From the NCBI GenBank assembly GCA_002633005.1, contig NMRA01000204.1:447892-511891 (forward strand): 64,000 nt of DNA, given 5' to 3'. Shown here piece after piece: positions 1-11,900 of the stretch. Position numbers and translations under genes: made by a program. Under the pieces are notes generated by a model. That model was given only the letters and a program-made list of their open reading frames with translations, did not search any database and was not told where the DNA came from. This stretch comes from Phoronis australis. Its lineage: Eukaryota > Animalia > Phoronida. The stretch's first letter is position 1. Every line of letters starts with the position of its first letter.

Positions 1-1003
1 TAGGTGAACGCGCACCTCTCTTGCAGGTACATGTAGGTATACATAGTGTTGAAAATAGTCTGACCAACTAAGAGAGAAAAGAAACTTACTTTTCGTGTTT
101 AACCGAGAATTACTAACGGCATACACACGGGTGGGAAATAACATGACCGCCGGTCCTCTTAAATCGAACCGCCTCACCCAAAACAGGACCTCCGGGGATC
201 AAATGGGACCGTCGCAACAGAAAATGGGACTGACGCACCTAAAAACATGACCGTCCCACCAGAAAACAGGAACGCCGGGGACTCAACATGACCGCCGGGG
301 ATTGAAACCGCATATTGTCCGGCGGGATCATGTTCAGTTCCCGGCGGTCCTGTTTTGTGGTGTGGCGGTCATGTTTTTAGGTGCGTCAGTCCCATTTTCA
401 GGTGCGACGGTCCCATTTGATCCCCGGAGGTCCTGTTTTGGGTGAGTCAGTCCGATTTAGAGGACCGGCTGTCATGTTGTTTCTCACCCGTGATACAAAA
501 GTGAATAAAGACGGATGAATTCGAAGTATGACGTCAAGTTTTCATTCACAAATACACACAAAGCACCGTCTGAGCTTTGAAAAATCTTACATAATCATCG
601 CGTAAAGTCTGGGCTGACACAAACCAGGGTTCAAAATGTACTTAATGAACCCTAGGGTTTGTATCAGCCCAGAATTTACGCGATGATTATGTAAGATTTT
701 TCAAAGCTCAGACACAAACCAGGGTTCAAAATGTACTTATTGAACCCTAGGGTTTGTGTCAGCCCAGAATTTACGCGATGATTATGTAAGATTTTTCAAA
801 GCTCAGACGGTGCTTTGTCTATATTTGTGAACGAAAACTTGACGTTACACTTTGCATTCATCCGTCTTTATTCACTTTTGTATGCCGTTAGTAATTCTCG
901 GTTAAACACGAAAAGTAAGTTTCTTTTCTCTCTTAGTTGGTCAGACTATTTCCAACACTATGTATACCTACATGTACCTGCAAGAGAGGTGCGCGTTCAC
1001 CTA
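1..1003. mobile_element. Foldback/palindromic non-autonomous element (long inverted repeat, extends off left edge)
   Basis: 1-125 plus 493-633 is the near-perfect reverse complement of ~740-1003 (e.g. taggtgaacgcgcacctctcttgcagg vs cctgcaagagaggtgcgcgttcaccta). The apex contains a 95-bp tandem duplication (616-710, 711-805). Confidence 0.85.
126..492. mobile_element. MITE with CAC termini and 5-bp TSD (Transib-like), nested in the foldback left arm
   Basis: Termini cacgggtgggaaataacatgacc / gtcatgttgtttctcacccgtg; TSD ATACA at 121-125 and 493-497. The right foldback arm shows the empty site (cttttgtatgcc). Internal ~22-bp subrepeats are arranged as a palindrome. Confidence 0.8.
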
Positions 1004-1706
1004 CTTTTATCCCAAAAGACGAGTGTTCGACGACGGCGTCACCACTGGACCTTTGAACATTTAATTCAGACATTTGATAATTTGCTATAGACTACTTTTC
1101 TGAACGTCTTGATGATTTTTGTAGTGTATTCGAATGATGATTTTTGCAGTGTTGGTTTGTCATTAATACACGTTTAAACGCTATCGGTTTTATGTTCTGT
1201 GTTAGCAGGTCGCTTCTTATTATTAGTATTATTAGTATGATTCGCTTAGTACCGTCGGGTCCTGGGTTAGACTTTACGCGAGATCTGTTGTTGAGTTGGG
1301 TGGTTATCCCCTTTTGTATACGCCTTTGTTTTTGATCAATGAGACAGAACAAACAATATACAACGACGACACTCACTTAATTGGGGACACGAAATAAGTT
1401 TTGTTCTTATTCAGCAGCGTCATCCCTCTTTTGTTTCGGGGTCGATCCGTTGCGAGGAGCCGAAAAATGAGCATCGAGGTGCCTCTCTAACGGGACTCAT
1501 TAAACCTATTACGTCATGAGGTGTGACGTCATTGACACATCCGTCCGGTAGGCGGATAGTGTCCCTTCCGATTGCAGTTATCCCACGTGACCTTTGACCT
1601 TCTCCTTTCGCATGGATGACCTTTGACCCGAGACCCTCCCAAACGGGCGTCCTAAACCTCTTACTATACTACTTACACACTGAACAGCAATCAGAACAAC
1701 AGTTAC

Positions 1707-1953
1707 CATTGAGATATTCCACCCAAACTTTCACGGTTTCTGCAGGGTCAGTCTCCTTAATGAACTTCAACGCCTCGTCCAGAAGATCATTGCCCGTGGG
1801 CGTGTCATTTAAGCAGACAACACGTCGATTATCCAGGCTCCCCCTTTGCGCACATTTCTTTTCCAGACCAATTCTGCCGCGCAGAGCTAGCTCGACCAAG
1901 ATACAGCCACGAAGGGCGGATGAAATCCGGTCATTCCAGAAAGAGGCGTGGCT
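1707..1953 (-). CDS. GOLPH3: GOLPH3/Vps74-like, internal coding exon (SHASFWNDRISSALRGCILVELALRG...VWVEYLNG)
   Basis: Recognisable GOLPH3 motifs (FWND.ISS.LRG, ELALRG, DTPTG..LLDEALK.IKETDP.ETV..W.EYL). Acceptor ttttcag and donor G|gtaact; 247 nt, phase 0 to 1. Confidence 0.9.
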
Positions 1954-2826
1954 CTGAAAAACACATGTGATGTCTCTTTAAGAGGCATGGAATGCAAAAA
2001 CTCTTGAAAATATAACTTTTGAGCAGATCGTGGCGAATCTACTTCTTGCGGATGCTAACATGAGAGTTATTAAAAAATTTCAAGAAAAATCGTCAGAACA
2101 GATTCACTGTTTTTGAAGCACAGACGAAATATTACTTTACTGTTTTCTACTCAGAGTTTTCCCCCCTGTACCACTCAAAATCGTCAATAGAGGCCCACAG
2201 GGAGGAAGAATTTTTGGAGGACACAAACTAATTTCACTTCGCCAACCTAGCCCCTTGCTATTGCCATTCCGTCCCCCCGTTCTCTGGATGTCACATTATT
2301 TGTACCGACCCCCCACATCCGCCCTGGGTAAGAGTAAAACCGGGGATGCAGCCCTCACGATTTGAGTAACCTTGAACCAACAAAGTTTCATGGAGAGTAA
2401 GAATGGGTCTAGGACCAACGCACTGACGGGTAGGTGGGAGCTGCCTGAAGTAATTATAGCTGGGTTCCAACAGCGGACTCGTACCTATTTCTCTGCTCTG
2501 GGTTGAAGGTTAGGGTTTGTTTTATTATGATACAGTTTCGGGAAAAATTTCAATTTATTATGGCCATTCTTTGAAGTAATTCTTTGGATAGGTCTCGAGG
2601 TGCCTGCCTGGTAGGAGTGCCTTTGTGGACGTTTCAGAATCCCTAGATGAAACACTACCGGTGATCCAAATTCTGGTTGCTGGGGGAAATGATACAGAGT
2701 GTTTTCCCAAAAATGTACATACTTCAACGTCTGGAGTTCAAATTCAGTTCCCGTGGGTAACAGGCCTACTGCATGGTCACACCTTCTTTTTAACGTGGGT
2801 GTGCCAGTCGTGACGTGCTGCTCCGT

Positions 2827-3091
2827 GCATGCGCGCACCCATAGAGGGAGGGCTCGGGGGGCCCGAACGAGCCCTCCCCCATTTGGTAAACTGGGCGAAA
2901 AGGTCGGCCTAGAAGAAACAAAAAAAAAATCCGAGGAAAACGAGACAAAAGTCCACTCAGGCAGGAATTCGGCATATGCAAAATTCATAGCCCTGAACAC
3001 GTCCCGTATTCCGTTTTTTTTTCTTTAGTAAAAGGTCTACATCCTCAAAAATTTGAGCCCCCCCTATATTTTAGGGTGGGTGCGCGCATGC
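2827..3091. mobile_element. Small MITE with gcatgcgcgcaccc inverted termini
   Basis: gcatgcgcgcaccc at 2827 and gggtgcgcgcatgc ending at 3091; the same terminus recurs near 47100. Confidence 0.55.
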
Positions 3092-3299
3092 CCCGTGTGT
3101 AGTATGCACGGAAAATGCAAGTAAACGATTCACGTTTGAAGAACAAAAATTCATTGCGCATTACTACTGGAAACTAAAAACATCAAGGAAGTGCAAAGAG
3201 AACCTTTCCAATTTGATGACCAATGACTTAGACTTTATTTGTTTAATTTAAACTTCTTTTTCGATCAGCGGTTTGTAAACTAAAACCCAGTAACATAGT

Positions 3300-3915
3300 T
3301 CCTAAGCCAAGAAAAAATTTACTGTCATTCGAAGTGTGAGAACATTTTGGGACACTTTGTAGAGCTGTCCGAAATTCATCAATTTCCTTGAGAATTATTT
3401 CAGATAGATGAAAGTCGTTTAGACTAAACGACTTTCGTCTATTCTTACAAGATTAGCTTCTAATTGTAAAAAAATCGACTATTAATCAGTCCACTTTCAT
3501 AGATACATAAACATGTAAATCAGAAACAACCAACAATCAAAACCATGAGCAATGCGCTTACCTTGATTTAAGGACTTAATTCCTTTTTGATCCCCTGTTA
3601 GTGACTTTAAACAACAAATCTTGTACCGAAGTCAAAAAGGCAATGCATTCATTGTCATTTGAATTGTGAGTAAATTTTTGTGAAGTGTCCAAATTTCATC
3701 AATGCCTTTGAGAATTATTTTAGATAGGCAAAAAGCGTCCAAGTGCACTTTACTATTTGGGGATCGGGTTATACTAGAGTTTTTTCTATATTCAGGCTTC
3801 AGCTTAATTCCATGAATCGTAATCATTTCTTAAAAGCATAGCTTGTAATTGCCAGAAATCATCTGTTAACCTGTCAGTTTTCGTAGATACATAAACATGT
3901 AAATCAGAAACCAAC
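3300..3915. repeat. Diverged two-copy tandem duplication (~330-380 bp unit)
   Basis: Blocks ttcatcaat...tgagaattattt and agatacataaacatgtaaatcagaaac each occur twice in the same order. Confidence 0.6.
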
Positions 3916-5328
3916 GCATTTGTTAATCAAAACGGATTCTTATAAGCATTTTCCGCAGGCATGCTCGAAGATTTTTGACGGGTAACAGGGGGAAAATGGG
4001 AGATTGGGCATTCATAGTAAGGTGTATTTTTGCTCATTTTCAGGTACCTAGAAATGTTCACTAGTTGAACTTGGCCTCAGAAAATGCTGAAATATTTGTT
4101 TATCATTTCGAGTATTTGATATGTACTCGGTCACCCCAATGGTAGCCTCGACAGCAGTCTTTTCCACATGTGGGAATTCCTTACAAACAACTCGTAGTAA
4201 CCATTTTCAAAAAGGGATACTATGCTTGTTATACTATGGAAAACAGTAACATTATGCTGTAACTAACCATCAGAAATAGTCCTTTTTTGTAATTAACAAA
4301 TAGCAGTCTTCATTTTCTTCAAAATTGCACCCTTTCGATGGCGGTCAACCCTCTTGTATTTTTTTACAGTTGGTTCTTTCGGTCGAATGTCTTGATACTG
4401 CTGTGCTGTGCACGAATGTTTTGTGTTTTTCGATGAAAAATTGAATTTGAAATCTCAACTTTCCTCGTGAAAACTAAGTAGTGTCGGATTTACAGGTATA
4501 GGGGGACAAAGGGAAATTTCTCCGAACTGCTCCACCGATAAAGGGTCCCCTTAATTATGAAAGGTAAACATCATTAAGCTTGGAAAAAAGTGACAGTTCA
4601 TTCCACCGTCGTGTGGTCACAACACTTTGCAGGAAGTGAACTTCCTCAACATGAAAGTCGGTTGCACGATTTCACAAAAAACAGGAAACTAGAAGTAATC
4701 GAGCCCAACTTTGGGTCCTCTCTCCGTGAGTGGACCCTTAACAATTTGTCAATAAAAACATAAAAAGGTGGCCACTTGAATGTCATCAATGGCCTTCATT
4801 AAGGGTGGGGCCCCTCAATAAGAAAATATCTATATTTTGAAAAATCAAGAAATGTGCAGCAATTGATGGTATCTGTCAGATCATCAATTTTTCTCTAGTG
4901 ATATACAATTCGAGAAAAGAAGCGACAGTTGTCCCCGTTATCCCTTACCAGAGAGGGGCGTCTGAAAAAATGTGGTTTTGCAGTCGCAAAATTGACTTAT
5001 TGAATTTAAAAATCCAGTAAGTTAATACTCCCCGCAAAAGCTTCGTTCTACAATTTTTTTCGATTTTTCGAAATATATGCATGAATCATTACGTGCACGT
5101 TTTCAAGCGGAGACCGCAAAAGGTAAACCATGCACTGGGCAGACAGTTTAATGTTCTCTTGAATTTTCTCTCCTATCTGTATTTAGCAGTCTTTCTCTTC
5201 TCGACTGTCCCCGCCCCACACGTATGTCGGTTGGCATGGTTTAACCCTGACGCCTGAATTTTTTTTTTGTGGGGGGCGTAGTAGTAGTAGTAGGAATCCT
5301 GTCGAGAGGTGTCGCATTTTTATAACGG

Positions 5329-6665
5329 CTCGCTGGTTACCTGCGTTCCGCTAGGTGGTAGCCAGCACGTTGAGCCCAACTTGTACGATTCTACAGCGCA
5401 ACAACAAGTTGGGACTGAGGAAGACCCTTGTAGCCAATTATGACATTTATGGTAGCTCGTTGGTTCCCTAGCGTGCCTAGCCAGCACGCAGGTATCATGC
5501 AGTGGCACGCGCTTTAGCATTGGTTGATGTAACCTCAGCAGTCATTGGTTAGCTTTACAACACCGTGAAAAAATGGCGGACTGTGAACGATTTTTAGCCC
5601 TGTCTTGCAAGTGGCGTCGCAGCAAATATTTCATTTCTGCAGTGATGGATGTTTAATAACCGCGTGCTTGAAGCACGTAGCAGATGTACAATAAAAACAT
5701 ATCTGGCCGATTTAACCGGTGTGTTATTCACTGTATGAATACAGGACAGTATCGTAAACAAAGTCATCGACAGTAGAAAGATGCACTCCGATTATAAGGC
5801 GCAACCACAATTTCTAGGATTCACATATCCTGAACATAAATTTTAAGCACCGATTTGTCTGACCAACAGACCACAGTTACACTTCAGTCCATCAGTCATG
5901 CCAGTTTGTTAGCGTAAAGCGCTGCCTGTTGAGAATTCGACTAGCCAATCAGAAATGCCGGTGTAAAAAATTACCCGAGGAAAATTAAGTGATACCTGCG
6001 TGCTGGCTACCGACCATCTAGCGGCACGCAGGAAACCATTGAGTTAATATAGGAGAGTCAGCTCTCTTTTGTTCTAATCTCCGATCAGATCGTAGATCTA
6101 TCTAGCCTCAGTGACTGGGCTGTGCTATTGAAAAAAAAACTTGAGTTGTAACATATTTGCACACACACCAATAGCTTTTCTGAATTCCTCGTCAAATGCT
6201 AATCATTTTTGGTTTTTGAATCCGCAAAATCGCCCAACTACAACGGAAGTTAAGGCAATCTATTCTGTATTACCAGGTATTAACAATTACGCACTCGGTT
6301 TGGCTGTGTGCATATACGCGGTCGGGTATCAGTAGGGTGCAACCACCAAAAGTTTCATAACACATCCACGGCACAGATACATAATTCTTGTATTTGATCC
6401 AATGAGTTGATTGTAGCATTATATGCTATTTTAATAAAGATAGTGCTCCTCATTTGTTAGTTTTATTTTGTTACGGACACTGAATCGACTTGATTCCTGA
6501 GGACGATGCTTCATGTTGTGTTTTACTTTTTTGGTAAAAAACTCTTGACGCATGCAACGCGTCAATCACAGGGCTGGTAAAGGTCTTGCTTGTTGTAGTG
6601 TCACTATGTTTTATTGCCATGTGGTCATACTAAGTTGATTTCTTCGTTCCTGCACGAGGCTCCAC

Positions 6666-6702
<37 letters not shown>

Positions 6703-7495
6703 CTTTGTGACATGCAGCAGTGTACTACTCTTTTTTGAAGGCGTGGACGTTAACACCCTGAAGGAATCGTAGTGTGGCGACAGCTCAACTAAAATAAATC
6801 AAACGCATTCAGTTATGTTTGTTAGGCTAAATCTCACTTAGAAATCATGAAAAAACGATGAACTTCAATTAATAATCAACCCATCAACTAATTCAGGCTC
6901 CGTATTATTCTAAAATTCGAACGACTATTTAGGCCAATTCAGAGAAAAAAAATGTGCGTTCACGATCGCTTTTTTGCGTTCACGATCGCCATAAAGAATT
7001 AACGACTTCGTTCCTGATCATCGCCTCACACAAGGACCTTCTTGTATTAGTAAATATCTCAAATTGTTTCACAAATCATAACTAACAAAGGTGTAACCAG
7101 GGACGATATAAACGTCACACGTCTGGAATGATTGCTTGACAAGTAAAAATTGTCGATTTTACGAGGCGCAAGGCATTTTAGCGAAAGCCATTCCTTTCTG
7201 AGCTCTTCATTTTAAAAAATAAGCAAAAGCCAAGTATTACTTCAGATCCACAACATGAGGTTACACCCTGACGCTTTTCTGTGTGTAACATTCGTACCAA
7301 AGTGGCCTCTATTTAAGCAGAAAATGACACTTAAACTCACCGGGTACGTCACTGTCGTCTTCCATTTTTGGTGCAAGGTCTCGTTCTCGATCGCCTTCCG
7401 GGCGTTCTCGATCGCGGGTTGGCCGGGGTGGAGGACGTACGCCGTAATGCTGTCTGGTACCTGTGTGTGATCTCTACACGCAGGGAACTAGCGAG
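5329..7495. mobile_element. ~2.2-kb non-autonomous DNA transposon with 9-bp TSD (Mutator-like), in the GOLPH3 intron
   Basis: Perfect direct repeat TTATAACGG at 5320-5328 and 7496-7504. TIRs ctcgctggttacctgcgt / acgcagggaactagcgag (16/18 match). Extra internal copies of the terminal motif near 5456-5492 and 5994-6045. Confidence 0.75.
6667..6700. repeat. (CA)n microsatellite
   Basis: Seen directly. Confidence 0.95.
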
Positions 7496-7882
7496 TTATA
7501 ACGGCTGCCACACCCTCGGTTATCGGCTAACTAGCAAATGAACTACACCTCGGAAAAACACTGAATGCACGGATCAGAAGAGCGAGACCACATGTTTGGA
7601 GCGATTCAAAAGTAGTAAAACCAAGTTAATAACCAGTAGCTTTTGAAGCACTGAGGGTGAAAAAAATTCGGATTCATCGGCGGATCAATTTCCCGAGTTT
7701 TCTGGCATTTTACTTCAGATATCTTATACAAGCGAGTTTTGGAAATTCCGTTTGGCGGCCAGGGATAATCTGTTAATCTTGCCAGCTAGCATTTACATTA
7801 TGCTGAGCGTCGATCCCTCAGCCAGTGATATTCATGAAAAAAACCTGAGAAATTCATCTTCTCAATCTCAGTATTGACATAC

Positions 7883-7948
7883 CTCTCTGTCGTTTAAACC
7901 AAGTAATAGAACTTCCTCCATCAATGTAAGATTAGGTTCTCCTGACAT
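7883..7948 (-). CDS. GOLPH3: GOLPH3-like first coding exon (MSGEPNLTLMEEVLLLGLNDRE)
   Basis: Contains the hallmark LTLMEEVLLLGL.DRE. gccATG start context; phase-0 donor GAG|gtatgt joins in frame to the exon at 1953. Confidence 0.88.
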
Positions 7949-7949
7949 G

Positions 7950-8500
7950 GCTTCCGTGATCTGTTGTTCAGCTGTGCTAAAGAGATTTTTAACCACTTGA
8001 ACGGTGCAGCGTAACTAGTCGCAAGACCAACTTTGATCGAGTGCGGGAAACTAGTTCAGCAATAAGTTAAGTAATAGACTAAACCGGTGAATCGCGCCGC
8101 CGCGGGTGGATCCCATAGACTCTATTCACGTGGCGGACATTAAAATACAAAGCGAGGCTCACTGCGATAAACAAAGCGGAAATTTACATTGCGTGAGTTA
8201 AATGGCCGGCGGCGCCCTTTTCGAACAAGCTATGCGTACGCGCTTGCCGTTGGATAAACATTTCCCCGAAGGAAGAATTCCTGTTCACGAAGCCTCCGAA
8301 GACACAAAGCTGTTAGTCGGCCATACATTCTAGCAAACCGTAGACTAACGAGTATCTATGGGCAAACTTACTCAATGAAATCACAGACGTCCTCAGGCTC
8401 AGCTTCTGACGATCAGAAGGCTTCAGAAGCTGAGGACTGTGGTTGAAATGGTCGCGATGGTGTGATTGTAATTCAGGTGCTGCATACCGCGTAAGTCCGG
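7950..8500. promoter_or_regulatory. Putative bidirectional promoter between the GOLPH3-like and SelJ-like genes
   Basis: CpG-enriched stretch between divergent genes. YY1-like motifs on both strands (aaatggccg ~8200; gtggcggacatt ~8130). Outward-facing gtaagt donors at ~8371 (-) and 8491 (+). Confidence 0.5.
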
Positions 8501-8934
8501 CTATTGTCTATTGTGTATTGAAGATTATGTAATTTTTAAAGTATCGCAGTACAATTGAAATTTTGTTTTATTTTTTCAAAAAGATATGTAGCATCAGATT
8601 ATTGCGTTACTGTTGCATGTTCAAGTTCTGTATCATAGCAACCATCACTCAGATATTTTGAGAAATTGCCAGCAATGCCATTAACAAGGCAACAATGATA
8701 TCTAAAACAGATAAGGCTAGAGATAATTTTGACAATTATATTTGTCCAAAATTGGTGATGGTGTGAGATTTTACCGTACTCTAGGTATGCCCTGTTTGGG
8801 GTGTGACTCGGGCAAAAATGGTCACTTGAAAATATGAATGATGTCATATTCTGCACTGTATTTCCAGGTTTGCTCTTAAACTTTGATTAGATATCTTGAA
8901 CAGCCTCATTGTGTTGTTGAACTTTCTATTCTAG

Positions 8935-11900
8935 GCGTTTCCATTCACTGGATTTACGATGTGAAGAAGTTCAACTCCATTCTATCACAGTATCCTTCGC
9001 CAGAGTTTTTGGAAACGAGTTATTGCCCGTTTTACACTGTTCCAGTGGGATATAACAGCTGCTATGGAGACCAAATGGTTGCACTTATGAAATCTCTCGT
9101 AGAATGCAAAGGTATGCATGTGCACAACAACCCATGACATTTATAATTTTGTCTGCGTATAAGAAAAAGGAATATTTTGAATAATTACTGATTTTGAAAC
9201 TGGATGGCAAGTTCATGTTTATCTGGTTTGTTTTCACTAGCACAAGAAATAAATTTCTATATGTAATACGAAGCTATGCATTGAAGTTTTCATGGACGAA
9301 ATGACCTGGAATTCCTGTCATGATGACCGAGTGCAAGTGGAATTCACCTTCAGAGTAGCTATGATGACACATCGTGATGGGGAAAGTGTATTTTGTCTGA
9401 TTACTATTGAAATATGCCATAGGACTTTTTGACCAGTATACGTGTCCCAACTGATGACCACCAAAATTATTTTCTCATGTACTGTACATTCACTGGCACA
9501 GTAAGGAGGCTGAATAGATTACGATAGGTGACTTTTCTCTGATCATAAGCATCCAACAGGAATCGTTACTGATCCATGTGTTGTGTAACACGAATCTACC
9601 TGAATTGTTTTGCTCACACTTGCATGTTTGCATCCCTGTCAATACGTCTTATGACATCTTGCGTTTATAACAGTTTTTCTTTGTATGTGGTAGGGAAGTA
9701 ACTGGGAGAGAAGCTAACCCTCCACTTTTTCTCAGGTTGACAAATTTTTGACATATATGTTTTGACATGTGGTGGACACGGTTTTGGATTTCAGCTTCCC
9801 ACGTTGAGCAGATCTCGGCAGCCTTTGATTTTTTTCTACGAGTCAGTTGTTAGGTAGAAACAAAGTTCCTTCCTTTAACATACTTAGTTGTCTTTTTAGG
9901 CTTCAACAAGCAAAACTACAAGATGTGGTTGGAGGCCATATTTGGCCCAGGTTCTGACTATGATATCAATGCTAGACTGGGACGGCCAGCAACTCAAGAA
10001 GACAGACCTTATAACGGCCCATGGACCAACGGCTCCATAAAGATGTTCTTGGAAAACTTTACCAAGGGTAAAGAAAAAACTGGAATGAACCCAAATTCTT
10101 ATGTAAGGAAGTCTTCTGAGTAAGATAACTTATGAAATTATTTTTCTTTTAGTACTTACCTCCCATGTAGTGTAATTATAAATTAGGTTCATTGTTGCAT
10201 GGTTTGACTGTGTGTTTTATGAAGTCTTTTTTACGTCATGCCAATGATGACAGAAATTGTCCCATCATAAAGTCCATCACTAGTAGCTTTCATAATGGGG
10301 AGCTAAGTATAAATAGTTATGTTAAACAAAGTCAGAATCACTAACTGCACTTTAAACCTGTTTATTTCCTATCATAAGTATGTTTAGTCCTTAAAATTAA
10401 ACAAGAATGTGTACAAATTCAGTTTATGGTGTTTGATTTGCACAAAAAATGATACACTGTCGCTGCTTTGCTTGATGTCTAGAGTTTGTCTTCTTTTTGT
10501 TAATATTGCTGTTAGATGATGTAGTGAATAAACATGAAAGTTCTCTTTGTATTTATCATCAACATCTATTTCAAAGTGGCTGTAGGCCCACCCGCCTTCC
10601 ATAAGAAATAACTTCATTTAGATCATTTACCGTCAGAAAAACAGATCTCAACTTCTATCCTTTACTCATATTGGTCTTGGGGAAAAACTAGGTACTCTAT
10701 TATTGTTTGAGGGTAAAGTTTCCTTATATTCGAATTCTCCTTCTTTACGAACACCCTGTCCGTTGGGTGAAGAGAGTTCCTTCCTTTCCAAACAAGTCCC
10801 ACATTGGCGAACATGTTTTTTTTTTTTAAATAAGAACGGAACTGAATGTCAGCCCCAGGAAGTTTACTGAAACCAGACCCAATAGGATGGCTTGTCACGG
10901 CAGGTCACATTATGTAGTGAGCATGTTGATAAGCTCTAACCACAGGCACCTTAAGTAGCCCTCAACCTTATAGTGTATAGATGAGGGCTGATCAAAGGTG
11001 CCTGTGCTCTAACCAACTGTCACGTCTTCCTATGCTCGGTTAGCTCCTCCAATGACAGTAACCGACATGATGAGACAAGTTTTATAGTAGTAAATGGTTT
11101 GTAACAGCTTTAAACTTGTGGGCAATGGAGGCATCATTGTTGTAGTACTTAGAGTGGACTACAGGTGCCCAGAATGGGTAACTTCAGGCTATCAGTATGC
11201 TAAAACAGGTTCGAGACGGTTCAGCATGCCATAGCTACTGTCTGTGAGCTCAGCCATGGACATATTATGCAGTAGTCATGGAAACCCATCATTGTTAAAC
11301 ACCCTCGCACAGCTAATTTGGTCAAGCCAAAATCATGCACATCAGTCTGGAATAAAAAAACCAACAGCGGTAAATCTTCCTGTTAAAACAATCAATGAAC
11401 TCCATTTAGTCCATGGTTTTCTTAACATGAATTTAGGAACCCTTACTGGATGTATTAAAAACAAAACAAAGGGTTCCCACTACAATGTGGACCAAAATAA
11501 CGTTTTTCAAAGATAGCTCTGCATGAGGCTCTAATGCTTGTCTTATCGCAGCATTTTATGATTTTTATGACTAACGCAAAATGAAAACGAAACAAGATTC
11601 GTGGTTGAAATACATATGTCCCTTCATAACAGTCATGGTAGTTGTGAGTGGAGAGAAGTAAGTAATACTGCCTTGATGTCCATTAGTTCAACATTTGTGG
11701 CTACCTTCACAATGATCTGAAACTTTGACTTACAAAGTAGTCTCACTGGAAAAGTAATACAGCGACAATAACACTTGTTATAATGCAGTTAGAGGAATTC
11801 ATCCCACTGTTTACATAGTGCTTATTAAACTAACCACACATTTAGTATTTAAAGTCATGACCAGGTCAATTGAAATTTGCCCATGTTAAAAAACTGGCAC

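Noticed and set aside
126-492. CRISPR-like repeat array
   Set aside because: Eukaryotic context; the units are degenerate subterminal repeats of a palindromic MITE with no unique spacers or cas genes.
8376-8490. ORF MKSQTSSGSASDDQKASEAEDCG-TGA as a Sec-containing first exon of the SelJ-like gene
   Set aside because: It ends in phase 2 whereas the next exon needs phase 1, and it has no similarity to the family N-terminus.
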